Shown here: positions 48,624-61,011 of the stretch, in pieces
Layout: every line of letters starts with the position of its first letter
Numbering within the stretch: position 1 is the stretch's first letter
Assembly: GCA_038087875.1 (NCBI GenBank)
Contig: JAXLNO010000485.1
Coordinates: forward strand, 1-64,000
Direction of reading: 5' to 3'
Length of the DNA stretch: 64,000 nt
Source of the DNA: Malacoraja senta
Lineage: Eukaryota
Notes under the pieces: model-generated
The model's database searches: none
What the model saw: only the letters and a program-made list of their open reading frames with translations
What the model was told of the DNA's origin: nothing
Made by a program: the position numbers and the translations under genes

Positions 48624-51600
48624 TATAAATTTTTATTAGAAGCAAACATATTACAGTGTAGAGTAACATATTATAATAGAATAGAAAAAAAAAATTTCAT
48701 ATACATCAATCATTCATACGTTATTAAATTTGTCAATTGTCAGTTAATTCTGCTTCTAGTGTTTTTTTTAATATAGATAGAAAAAGAAAAATAGAGAGAA
48801 AGAAGAGAAAGAAAGAAGAATTTCAATATCAAAAAAGAAAAATAGGTGGAATGAATTAGTTATAATACGTCATAGGAGATAAGTTCGTATGTTATGAAAT
48901 ATAATTACATCTAATCCTGAGTTCAAGCTTCAGTCGGGCTTTCGCGCTGGGCCACTCTGTCCCTTCAAATAGGCAATGAATGGAGCCCATATTTTAACAA
49001 AAAGTTCTTGCTTGTCCATTAAGACGAGTCTAATTCTTTCTAGATGTAGGGTCTCCGACATTTCCACAATCCACATTTTAATTGTGGGGGTTGTAGGGCC
49101 TTTCCAGAATTTTAATATTAATTTTTTCCCTGTTATTATACTGTAGTCAAGGAAGTTTCTTTGGCTTGTTGTGAGTGTTAAACTTTGTTCTGATATCCCA
49201 AGTATTATTAATTTTGAGTCTGGAGCTATTTTGGTATTAACAACTTCAGAGATTATTTGAAAAATATCAGTCCAGTAATTTTTAATTTTTATACAATTTG
49301 CAAAGGTATGTGTTAAATTGGCCTCTAGATACAGGCATTTATCACATATAGGAGAAATATGTGGGAAAATTCTATTTAGTTTTATTTTGGAATAATGTAA
49401 TCTGTGTAAGACTTTAAATTGTATTAAAGCATGTCTGGCATTTAACGAACATTGATGTATATGTTGTAAACTTTCGTCCCATATATCTTTCGTAATAGGA
49501 TAACCTAACTCATTTTCCCATTTATGTCTATATAGTTCTATCGGTGGTTCCTCATTATTTAAGAGAATGTTATAAATATAAGCTATTAATTTTTCAGTGT
49601 TAGGATGCTTATTCAAACATTCATCAAGAATTTCTGGTTCCCTAGTCCTATAAACTTGTGTATTGGATTTAACATAATCTCTAATTTGTAAATATCTGAA
49701 AAAGTTATTTGAGTGTAGTCCATGATTCTGTTGTAACTCTTGAAATGACAGAAAGATGCCTTCCCTATAAAGATGTCCAATCCTTTTAATTCCATGATTT
49801 TTCCATTGTATAAAACCTCTATCCAATATGGATGGCTTGAATAGAGGATTATTTACAATGGGAAGACATAGTGGTATATTATTCAGTTTTAAAGCCTTTT
49901 TTAATTGTTTCCAAATTCGTATTCCACTATGTATTATAGGGTTTTCCTTATAGGTTTTTTTATGCAATTTTGTGGTAGCAAATATAATCGAACCTATTTC
50001 AAAAGGTAAACAGTCTTCCTTTTCCATCCTTAACCATTCTGGTTGTTGGTCCATTTCTTCCAGCCAGAAATTCATGTTTTTAATATGGACTGCCCAAAAA
50101 TAAAATAAGAAATTTGGCAAAGCCAAACCTCCGTTGCTCTTTGACTTACATAAATGTTTTTTACTTATTCTATGATTCTTATAATCCCAAATAAAGCTTG
50201 TAACAATGGAGTCAACTTTTTTGAAAAAGTTTTTTGGAATATATATCGGAATTAGTTGAAATAAATATAGTAGTTGCGGTAAGAAAATCATTTTTATAGC
50301 ATTAATTCTACCAAGCATTGAAATAGGAAGTGTTTTCCAGTACTGAATATGTTTGTGTAATTTATTAAGTAAGGGTGGAAAATTTTGTTTAAATAAAGAG
50401 GTATATGCCTTAGTTACATTGATTCCTAAATATTTAAGTTTATCTTTAACTATTTTAAAAGGGGATTGTTGTATTGTATTTAAGTTGAATTTTGTTATTG
50501 GCATAATTTCACTTTTATTCCAATTAATCCTATATCCTGAGAACTGACCAAATTGTGTTATTAGATTTAACAGATTTGGAATACTAGTTTCTAACTTTGT
50601 AATATATATTAATACATCATCTGCATATAAGGAGATTTTATTCCTTGTATCTCTAGTGTTGTATCCATGTATTCCTGGATGGTTTCTAACGCTTTCTGCT
50701 AATGGTTCAATTGCAAGAGCAAATAATAGTGGGGACAGTGAACATCCTTGTCTACAACCTCTAGAAAGATTAAATTTGGCTGATAACATTTGATTTGTTA
50801 ATATTCTAGCTGTTGGATTAGAGTATAACAATTTAACCCATGTGCAGAACTTCTCTCCCAATTGAAATTTTTTCATTACCGAAAATAAATATGTCCATTC
50901 TACCTGGTCAAATGCCTTTTCAGCATCTAACAAAATAATTGCTAGATCTGCATTTGGAATTCTATTTGTATGTATAATATTGAATAGTCTTCTCAAATTA
51001 TAAAATGAGTATCGTTTTGGAATAAAACCTGTTTGGTCCGGGTGTATTAATTTATTAATCACTAAGCTCAATCTATGAGATAGGATTTTGGTTAATATTT
51101 TCTGATCAGTATTTAGGAGAGCTATTGCTCTATATGAACCTGGGTCTTCAAGATCCTTATCCGGTTTCGGTATAAGTATGATTGTAGATTCATTTAGAGT
51201 TTCTGGAAGTTTCTGTTGAGTATATGCTTGTTTGTAAAGTCTCTGTAGACGTGGAGAAATCAGATCGTAAAATTTTTTATAAAATTCAGAGCTTAGACCA
51301 TCAGGACCTGCGGCCTTTCCATTTTTTAAAGATCTAATTGACTCCTCGATGTCTTTTACCGTAATTTCTACATCTAGTGATTCTCTCTCTTTCTGATCTA
51401 GACCTGTAAGATTACATTTCTGTAGAAATGTTTCCATTCCTACTGGTTGTTCTGTTGTTTTAGATGAATACAATTTTTGATAATATTGTAAAAATCTATC
51501 ATTAATATCTTTAGGTAGTGTTAATGTTTCTCCCTTATCTGATCTAATTTTGTAAATTGTTTTTTCCCCGTCCTGTTTACGAAGTTGACGCGCCAATATT

Positions 51601-52593
51601 TTTTGTGGTTTATCTCCAAATTCAAAATGTAATTGTTTTGTACGTTGATATAGTTTTATTACTTGGTCTGAGTATAACTTATTTAACTTATATTTCAGTA
51701 CTGCAATTTTATTGTGTTTTACCATAGATGGTGCTATTGCATTTTCTATGTCTAATTGCTTTATTTCCATTTCCAAAGACTGTTGTTTGGCCCTATTCTC
51801 TTTATTAATAAATGATTGGGAGGATATTAATGCTCCTCGCACAAATACTTTAAATGTTTCCCAAAGAAGGGAGGCGGAGATTCCAGAGCTGTCATTAGCC
51901 TCGAAAAACATATTAATCTGTTTTACGAGGTATTCATTACATGACTTTTCTTCAAAATTTGGGGGTTAAGTCTCCATTGTGTCTTTGTCTCGGTCATTCC
52001 TTTTAGTTTAATCATAAATGTAAGTGGAGCATGGTCCGATATTATAATATTATGATATTGCGAATTATAGGTAAATGGGATAAGTTTAGAGTCTACTAAG
52101 AAATAGTCTATCCTTGAGTACGTTTGATGCACGGGTGAGTAAAATGAGTATTCTCGACCAGATGGGTTTTCAATTCTCCAAACATCCTTAATGTTTGTAG
52201 TATTAATATATGAATTTAGGAATTCACTTGACCGAGATTTAATTTTCTTTGACTTGATGATCTATCCAAGTAAGCATCCAGTGTACAATTTAAGTCTCCA
52301 CCGATAATTAAATTATGTTGTGTACATTCGGGATAATGTTAAGTATTCTCTTAAAGAACAGGGGGCTATCAAAATTTGGTCCATATACATTAAGGAGAGT
52401 CACTTTTTTTGAGTATAACTCCCCTACTAATACAATATATCTGCCTTCAATATCTTCTGTCGTTGATATATGTTTAAAGGGTATACCTTTACGAATTAAT
52501 ATTGCAACCCCTCTAGATTTATATGAAAATGAAGAATGATACGTTTTAGCAATCCATTTGGCTTTCAATCTATGTTGTGCTTCCTTTTTAAGA
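48624..52593 (-). mobile_element. L1-clade LINE copy 2, same junctions as copy 1, frameshifted near its 5' end
   Basis: ORF 48930-51911 is almost identical to copy 1; single-base deletions in short runs at about 51.95-52.33 kb break the frame. Confidence 0.95.
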
Positions 52594-53383
52594 TGGCTAT
52601 ATTTAAGAGGGAGTTAGATGTGGCACTTGTGGCTAAAGGGATCAGGGGGTATGGAGAGAAGGCAGGTACAGGATACTGAGTTGGATGATCAGCCATGATC
52701 ATATTGAATGGCAGTGCAGGCTCAAATGGCCGAATGGCCTACTCCTGTGCCTATTTTTCTATGTTTCTATAATTAGTATACAAATTAGCTATTTGTGGTG
52801 TTTCTTGAAAACACGAATACGAGAGAATGTACAGGATCTGCAGAACAACTAAAAGACTGCAGAAAGCAGCTTGAAAAGAAGGCTCTTCATCTATACAACA
52901 TAATTATGTTTTATTCAGCTATCATTGTTTGTAGAGTTTCTTATTGGAATGAAAACATCATCCAAGTTGTGACCCTTCCTTATTACGCCTGGTCCCAGGG
53001 GCATGGTTGGCATTAGCTCATTACCTTCATCCTAATAAAGGGTTGTTGTTCACAGTTGTTCCTAGGTTTTTATCAATTATAACCTTGATTTCAGAAACTG
53101 TTCTTTGTCTCTGGGCTAAAGTTCACAGACTCTCCTTTTCAAGGAGTGAGCAGTTTTAAGCAAACTGACCAGCAAATCCTTACAAATTCCATCAACCCCC
53201 CCCCCCTCCCCGACTTTGATTCATCAATCAATGCCAGAGGGAATGAATCATCTAAGTAAAGGGACCTGTCCCACTTACGTGTCCTTGGAACGCATATTAC
53301 GTGTTGAGCCACGATGGTCCGGCGAAGGTCGGGCGCGATTACATGCATACGTACAGCCGTCTGGAGCGCGTGACGTTATTTGA
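52594..53383 (+). repeat. Segment B copy 3 (continues into unique flank)
   Basis: Offset 4761 from copy 2; followed by AGATGGACAC instead of L1. Confidence 0.95.
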
Positions 53384-53940
53384 AGATGGACACAAAGCTG
53401 GAGTAAGTCAGCGGGACCGGCAGCATCTCTGGAGAGAAGGAATGGATGACGTTTCATGTCGAGACTCTTCTTCAGTCTGAAAAGAAGGGTATTGACCCGA
53501 AACATCACCCATTGCTTCTCTCCAGAGATGCTGCCGATCCCGCTGAGCTACTCCTGCATTTTGTGCCTATCTTCAATTTTCTTGGCCCCGCTCTGGGAGG
53601 AGAAGTGGGGGCGGATCCGGACCACAACGGCCGTGAGCCCCAGGCTGAGTTCGGCGATCGTTTGCCTGCTTCTGCTGCTGTTGGAGGTGAGACTTTGCGT
53701 CGCGCCAGGGTCTTGGCCTGTCCCACTTTGGCCGTCAGTTCCGCGACAGACCGTTGGCGTGCGAAAATCTCGTTCACTACAAAATTATCGGAGCCCCGCG
53801 CAATGTCGCGCACAACTACATACCCCTCCGCGCTTCCAAGTGGGACCGGCCCCGCGCGGCCATACGATGCCCGTGCGCCTCAACGCGACGACGAGTTCAC
53901 ATAATTTGTGTGCCAAGGACACGTAAGTGGGACAGGCCCT
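53260..53940. mobile_element. Harbinger-like MITE interrupted by a palindromic PLE-repeat dimer (about 53380-53575)
   Basis: TIRs AGGGACCTGTCCCACTTACGTGTCCTTGG / CCAAGGACACGTAAGTGGGACAGGCCCT with TAA on both sides (53257-53259 and 53941-53943). Confidence 0.8.
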
Positions 53941-54295
53941 TAAGAATACCAAGGAAAGGTAGCGCAGCTACACATCACTGGATATCTTTAACCTGTTCAA
54001 TGCCACCGCCGAGTACACTAGGGGTCATGGCCAATAGTGAAAAATAAACTTGGCAGTGAACAGCTTAATGGTCTCCATATTTTATAGAAAGCCTTCAATG
54101 TCCATGAGGGGTGAGCCTTATTATATCTATGTTTCTCTAAATATAGGAAGCACTTTTGTGGTAAAAGATGGGGCAGCTCGGGCCTTGAAAAGATCCAACC
54201 TTATGTGCAGCTTTACATTTGTTTATATGCAATAAGCAAAAAGAACACAATAGAAGATAAAACATGATAATAACTATAAGCAAAGCAAGAGATCG

Positions 54296-54495
54296 TGGCC
54301 TTACACGAGTTGCTGCCTTGCAGCACCAGAGACCCGGGTTTGAACCTGACTACGAGTGGTAACTGTATGGAGTTTGCATGTTCTTCCCATAACCTGTGTG
54401 GCTTTTCTCTGAGATGTAGGTAAATTGGCTTGGTATAATTGTAAATTGTCCCTAATATGGGCTGAAGGGCCTGTTTCAGCACTGTATCTCCAAAG
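54296..54495 (+). mobile_element. V-SINE whose tail is split by the hAT insertion
   Basis: Tail ...CTGTATCTCCAAAG resumes after 58607 as CTCTAAAGCTTAAAACTAAA. Confidence 0.8.
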
Positions 54496-54661
54496 CAGTG
54501 GTCTTAACCTGGGGTCGTGACCCCCATGGGGGTCGTTTGGGGGTTTCCGGGGGTCATGAAGGGGTTGTAAAGAACATCAATTTGTTGAGCCTATTTTTAG
54601 GAACCTAACAAAGGTACATACCACACACAGTATTTTGTTCACGTATGCGCATACGTATACA

Positions 54662-56691
54662 TAGGGCCTATGAGAGGGGGGTGCAGGGGGTACATCGTAC
54701 CCGGGCCCAGAGTCCAATAGGAGCCCGGGAGCTGAAGGAGGGGGGGCGGGAATTTCGTGAAATCTCAGAAAATGTTTGCATATATTTTGTGAAGACTAGC
54801 ATTCACATTTTGTGCCTTCAGAGTTTTATATATCGTAATTCGTAGAAATTGTGATCCATAATAAAGCAGGGAATTTTAACTGGCGGGTGTGTGGTCGGGG
54901 TAACCTGATTAAAAGAGGGGGAAGGGGATGGATCTTCCCTGTAGGAGGAGGGAGAGCACGAGGACCCAACAGAGTCATCACTACTGATGGGTCTTCCCTG
55001 CAGGAGGGGGGGGGGAGCACTAGGAGCCAGCAATCAGACCATGTGCTGTCTGCATGGTGGAGGTTGTGGGCCTGGTGCTGAGCCGGGAACTCTGGTGAGG
55101 TGACGGCTCTGGCCCGCTGGTGGCCGGTGGAGAGGCGAGGGTCGGCAGAGTCGCTGGTGGAGGCCCGTGGGGAGCTGGAGTAGAGATATGGGCAGCAGCA
55201 TCATTGGCTTTCTGAAGACAGTCAAGGTCGGCGACAGTGGCTGTGGTGGCCTCGCCCGGGGAGGTGGTGAGAGTCGGCAGCCGCGGCTGTTTCAGTGGTC
55301 CGGGCCTGGGTTTGGGTCAGTATGTGTGTGGATGGGTGGGTGTGAGTGAGTGGGTGAGGGTGTGTGTGTGTGTGTGTGGATGTGTGTGGGTGTATGTGAG
55401 TAGGTGAGTGAGTGTGTGTCTGAGTGTATGTGTGTGTTAGTGGGAGGGTGAACTTTATAAATGAAGTTAAAACCATTAGATCTGTTGAACTTTTGACTTG
55501 GTAACCTGTTTCCAAATGTTTGTGTTAGCTTCAGAATACTATTAACAATTCCAGCAACAGTAGCTTCTGCAGAGAGGTCATTTAGCAAACTCAAGCTGAT
55601 TAAGAATTATTTAAGGTCGACAATGTCTCATGAACGTCTTGTGGATTTGGCCAGGCTAAGTATTCAAAGTCAGATTTATTCATCACATACACCCGAAGGT
55701 GCAGTGAAGTGAATTTACCAGCAGTGATACACGTAAAAGAACACACAATACACAATAAAATTGAACACAACAGCATTCTTCACTGTGGTGGAAGGCAACA
55801 CGTTTCAGCCAGTCCTCCTCCTTTGTTCACCCGTGTTCGGGGCCATAACCCCTCCGTAGTCGCCGCTGGGGACGGCCCGATGTACAAGGCCCTCTCGTCG
55901 GGATGATCCAAACTCCGACGTTGGGACGGACAAACACACTCTGCGGCTTGGAGGTCCCGACTCGGCACTTTCCTACTGGAGACCGCAGCTTCAGGATGTG
56001 AGCCAGCGGTTCGAGCTCGTCTCTGGTGATCCCCGGCGAGGGATCCCAGGATCCGGATGGTAAGTCCACGCCACGCCCGCGGTTAGAAGCTCCGCAGACC
56101 ACAGCTCCACGGTGTCAACGTATTGAATCAATAGTATTGAATCATACATTGCCAGAACAATACATTTTTATGCTGTGATTTGACATTTTTCACAAAAAAG
56201 GCCAGGAAAGCTCTTTATATAAAGTAAATTTATATAATAAATCTTTTACTTTTTACTAATAATTATGTCTTTTGATGATATGAACTGCATTGAAACATAA
56301 AAGGATGTTTCAATGTGAATTCTTTCTCCTTATCTGTATTGTAGCATAAACAAAGATGTTCAAAACAAAGCTAGATAAAATGCTGGAGAAACTCAATGGG
56401 TGAGGAAGCATCTATAGAGTGAAGAAAACAAATGTGCTTTCTGATCCTTTTATTTAGATTTATTTATATTTATCATGGAGGGTGTATAGGGGCATAAGGC
56501 CTCAAATGCAGAAAATCAACAGAGCGCCCCATTCCACCCCTCTCTCATCTTCCATACCCCTTTTTGCCCTGCAGTCTCCAGCTCATGGCATAAAACTGTA
56601 GCATAGCGGATAAAAACAGGATGACTAATGGAGAAGGGAAGGGGCCCAAAAGAAACTTTGTACCCACTGATAAAATTCCTCTCAGGCCCTG
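54662..56691 (+). mobile_element. Nested non-autonomous hAT (Tip100/ZMYM1-like)
   Basis: TIRs TAGGGCCTATGAGAGG / rc CAGGGCCTGAGAGG; perfect 8-bp TSD CGTATACA (54654-54661, 56692-56699); internal relic FPNVCVSFRILLTIPATVASAERSFSKLKLIKNYLRSTMSHERL at about 55500-55660. Confidence 0.9.
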
Positions 56692-56725
56692 CGTATACAC
56701 GCACAAACAGTGTGTGTTGTGAACC

Positions 56726-58485
56726 ATGTCTTCCAAGACGCGCCACGTATAGTGAAGCATTTCTCAAGTTGGGCTTCACAAGCATTGTTCAAAATCCGTG
56801 GTCAAGCCGCGATGTGTTCTCTGTGCCAAGGTTTAGAGTCACGAGAGCATGAAGCCCAGCAAACTGAAGATCCATTTGGTGTCTTGTCACAGCAACCTGG
56901 CGGGGAAGGGCGGGGACTATTTCAAACGAAAAGAAGCCATAACTCAAGGGATCCCGCATCTATTCAACGGGTCACTGCGCTCATCAAAATGAAGCAGCGT
57001 TGGAGGCTTCATACCGGATTGCTTATCGAATCGCACAGACTAAGAAACCTCACACCATCGGTGAAGAGCTTATCAAGCCATGCCTTCTCGAAACAGCGAA
57101 GTTGGCGCTGGGGGAAGAGCAGTCAAACAAGTTCAGACAGACTTCCCTTTGAATGAAAAGTTGAATCTCGGATATGAGTAATGATATTCTGCTGCAAGTA
57201 GTGAGGGCTGTGACGAGCAGTCCAGTGTATTCACTGCAACTGGGCGAGTCAACAGATGTTGCCTCATGTTCCCAACTGCTAGTCTACGTTCGTTACCTCG
57301 ATGGAGAAGTACCTGTTCTCGAGCCATTGGCTACTACCACTCGGGGAGAAGATGTGTTCAGAATGCTGGAAGCCTTCCTCATCAAACATGAGCTTGGCTG
57401 GGAACGCCTTGTCGGGATGTGTACAGTTGGGGCACCTTCCATGGTCGGTTGCAGATACGGTTTCCAAGCCTTCGTGAATGATGTGGCTCCCCATGTCTCC
57501 TTCACCCACTGCATGATACATCGCCATGCTTTAGCGATGAAGACTCTCCCTCTTGCTCTTCTAGAAGTGCTTTCAGGTGTGGTGAAGATTGTGAACCACA
57601 TCCGACAGAGCGCAACAAACTCAAGAATCTTCAAAGCGATGTGTGAAGAAATGGGCGCCGATTTCACTGTTCTGTTATTCCACACAGAGGTGCGCTGGCT
57701 TTTGCGTGGTAAAGTTCTCAATCTTGTGATTCAACGTTGAGAGGAAATAGCGTTGTTCTTGGAGAGAAGGGGTACTGAGAAGGAGAATCAGCTTCATGAA
57801 AAGATGCAGGTTGAACTGTTCGTGATGAAGGTTGCTTACTTGGCTGACTTCTTCGCTGAGGTGAATTCTTTCAACCTGTCACTTCAAGGAAACATCCCAA
57901 TGCTACACACGGCTCGTGACAAAGTGGCAGCATTCAGGAGGAACCTTTACCAGAGAAGAGTCCAGGACGGTGACTCGACTATCTTCCTGAGATGACGACT
58001 CTCCTGGATGCTACGCCTGATGCTGAATGCCACTTCCACGAGGAGATCTCAACCCACCTCTGGCAATTAGTGAAGCCATCGAACGTTACTTCCCCGGACT
58101 GGACGACCGCTCTCGTGATCAGTGGATCATCCGACCCTTTACCGTTGAAGACGGTGGCATCAGTGATACTGACGTGACTGCGAAGGTTGAATTTTACCGA
58201 ATTCGTGAAGATGCGCAGCTCAAGAGTGACTTCATGGAACAAGGGCTTGCCACGTTTTGGCTGAAAGTGAAGGACTGTCCTGCTCTTTCAAAGAGGGCCT
58301 TGACCCTATTGGTCCAGTCCCCCTCCACCTCTCACTGTGAGGGTGGATTCTCAACTATGGTAACTCTGAAAACGAAGGTACGCAATAGGCTTGTGATCGA
58401 CACTGACATGAGATGCTGCATGTCGAGCATTCGTGCTCGTTTTGATTGCCTGATGACTGCGAAGCAATTTCAGCCATCCCATTGA
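56726..58485 (+). pseudogene. Buster-type hAT transposase pseudogene
   Basis: MSSK..YSEAFLKLGFT (BED-finger region), YSLQLGESTDVA, THCMIHRHALA, LLFHTEVRWL.RGKVL, CEGGFS, C-terminal QFQPSH*; multiple frameshifts and stops; first catalytic D appears as G (LQLGESTD). Confidence 0.9.
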
Positions 58486-58689
58486 CTGAGCAATGGCTGA
58501 CATGTTTTAATAAATCGGGCTGTTTTTTTTCAATTTTGTTTCAGAAGTCATGGTACTGATCAAGAATGCCCGATGGGGTCGGGGGCCAAAAAGATTAAGA
58601 ACCACTGCTCTAAAGCTTAAAACTAAAGAGGGCTAATAAAGGCCACAAAGTGGCTTTAGTGAGTCGGATTACAGAAAATCCACATCTTT

Positions 58690-59385
58690 TTCAAGGTTTC
58701 ATGGTTAGTTTATTGTCACATATACCAATTAAGGTACATTGAAATGCAGACTACCATACACCATACAAAAAAAAAGCAACAAGACACACAATAACGTAAA
58801 AGTTAACATAAACATCCACAACAGAGGAGCCCGCACGTTCCTCACTGTGATGGAAGGCAATAAAGTCTAATCTCCTTCCTCTTTATCTCCCGCGGTCGGG
58901 GCAGTCAAACAATCTGCAGTCGGCGGTCGAAACCCCCTGTTGGGGAATCGAAACTCCGGCGTCAGGGCGGTCGAAACTCCTGCGGCTTGGAGATCCGGAA
59001 TGTCGGTCTCGACCGAGGACCGCGGGCTCCGCGATGTTAAAGTCTTGCAGGCTCTCACAGTTGGAGCTCTAAAGTCGATCCCCGACAGGGATTGCGAGCT
59101 CCATGATGGTAAGTCCACAGGCTCCTGCGATGGATCTCCCGGTCGATCTCTAGCAAAGGCCGCCATTCCTCAATGTTAGGCCGCATTGTGGACGGAGATA
59201 CGATACAGAAAATATCGCATCAACGTCGAGGTAAGAGATTAGGAAAAGTTTCCACAACTCCCCCACCCCCCCCCCCCCAAAACCAGCTAAAGAACACTAA
59301 AGAATATACATTTAACACGTACAAAACGGACACAAAGAAGGAAGGGACAGACATACTGTTGGCGAGGCAACCATTGCAGCAAAAG
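58690..59385 (-). mobile_element. GC-rich unclassified retroposon (same family as 34945-35835)
   Basis: Shared 22-nt motif and similar T-rich/G-run/GC-rich layout; GTGACAATAAA-type tail. Confidence 0.6.
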
Positions 59386-59504
59386 GTGGATTGCTTAAGG
59401 ATATAGAAGGGAATATGTGCTTGGCGTTTGTGGATATAGGCGAGGTTTGGTTTCACCAAGGAAGACATGTAGAATAGTAAGGACCATTAATAGTAAGTAC
59501 ATCA

Positions 59505-60290
59505 TAAAATCCTCCAACATTTCTGCCACCTCCAACGGGATCCCACTACTGGTCACATCTTCCCATCTCCACCCCTTTCTGCTTTCCGCAGAGACCGTTC
59601 CCTCCGGAACTCCCTGGTCAACTCGTCCCTTCACACCCAAACCACCCGCTCCCCGGATACTTTCCCCTGCAACCGCAGAGATGCAACACCTGCCCCTTTA
59701 CATCCCCCCTCGACTCCGTCCAAGGACCTAAAGTCATTCCAGGTGAGGCAGAAGTTCACTTGCACCTCTTCCAACCTCATCTACTGTATCCGCTGTTTCA
59801 GTTCTCTACATCAGTGAGACCAAGCGCAGTCTCGGCGATCGTTTTGCTGAACACTTCCCTCAGTCCGTCTTACCCTACCCGATCTCCCGGTGGCTCAGCA
59901 CTTCAACTCCCCCTCCCATTCCCAATCTGACCTTTCTGTCCTGGGCCTCCTCCATTGTCAGAGTGAGGCCCAGCCCAAATTGGAGGAACAGCACCCCATA
60001 TTTCGCTTGGGTAGTCTATACTCCAGCGGTATGAACATTGACTTCTATACTTTCGATAGCCCTTGATTTCTCTCTCCATCCCCTCCCCCTTCCCAATTCT
60101 GCCACCAGTCTTACTGTCTCCGCCGACATTCTATCTTTGTCCCTCCCCTGACATCAGTCTGAAGAAGGGTCTCGACCCAAAACGATGCCCATTCCTTCTC
60201 TCCAGGGAAGCTGCCTGACCCGCTGAGTTACGCCAGCATTTTGTGTGTTTACGATTTTAACATCTGCAGCATCTGCAGTTCTTTCTTACA
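59505..60290 (+). mobile_element. Penelope-like GIY-YIG 3' fragment plus terminal repeat
   Basis: Close paralog of 17930-18715. Confidence 0.9.
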
Positions 60291-60399
60291 TGTGGAGAAT
60301 GCTAACATGCAGGGACACTGAAGTTAAGCAAGAAGAAGATGTTGGATCACTTGAAGAGAAATGTGGATAAATCCCCAGGACAGAGGGGTGTAGTGGATG

Positions 60400-60850
60400 A
60401 TAATAATAATCGTTGAAAACATTAGTGCCGTGCTGGTTTCCGATGGGCACGGTGACGGACGCACCACACATCTCTGTCCTCCATGCAGCTGGCAAGCTCC
60501 TCTTTTATCTCTACACATGCGTCTTCCATCAACGTCTTCACCATCATCTTGATTGGCCGTCCTGGGTCAAGTCTTCCATGGGTGGGTTCCACAGCACAAC
60601 CTTGTTTGCTGGCATTTCTGGGTGGCGGAGCCAGTGACCTGCGAGCCTCATCCTTCTCAACGTGATCTTCTCGGTCAGAGGTGGATTCTCCCCATAGAGC
60701 TGGGCGTTGGTGATGTGGTCCCTCCATCTGACATTTTGAACTTTTCCGAGCATTCGGGTGTAGGTACCATCGAGAGACTAGGACAGTGCTGGAGTGAGAG
60801 TCCATGCCTCACACCCGTACAATAATATGGTCTCTACAGTTGCAACGAAG
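60400..60850 (-). mobile_element. RTE-type LINE 3' fragment
   Basis: NVRWRDHITNAQLYGE...RRMRLAGH..RHPE...VVLW.PTHGR.DPGRP motif; (ATT/ATC)n tail at about 60400. Confidence 0.8.
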
Positions 60851-61011
60851 GCCAAATATTCAGGCTGTAGTTCAGTGACAAGTATAGTTCTGCAGGGATC
60901 TGTGCTGTGACCCTTGCTACTTGTGACATATATAAATGACTTGGACCCTGGTGTTCAGAAATTACCCAGTCATAACAATTAATCAAATAATGATTTTTAT
61001 TTTTATTTCAG

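Larger units (their letters stand above)
54496..58607 (+). mobile_element. hAT (Buster/Charlie, ZBED5/SCAND3-like) DNA transposon, both ends present
   Basis: TIRs CAGTGGTCTTAACCT / rc CAGTGGTTCTTAATCT; 8-bp TSD CTCCAAAG / CTCTAAAG with the Buster-type central TA in the right copy. Confidence 0.9.

Noticed and set aside
57174-57740. Domesticated ZBED/SCAND3-like host gene
   Set aside because: It lies within TIR- and TSD-bounded transposon DNA with many frameshifts and stops and a mutated catalytic Asp.
1400-60290. Regularly recurring GCTGGAGTAACTCAGC motif as a CRISPR-like array
   Set aside because: Copies are dispersed, on both strands and part of a longer eukaryotic retroelement repeat; there are no unique spacers of fixed length and no cas genes.
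60936-61011. ORF 60936-61319 as a standalone gene
   Set aside because: Only 61012-61287 is MHC-like and bounded by splice sites; the flanks are intron read-through.
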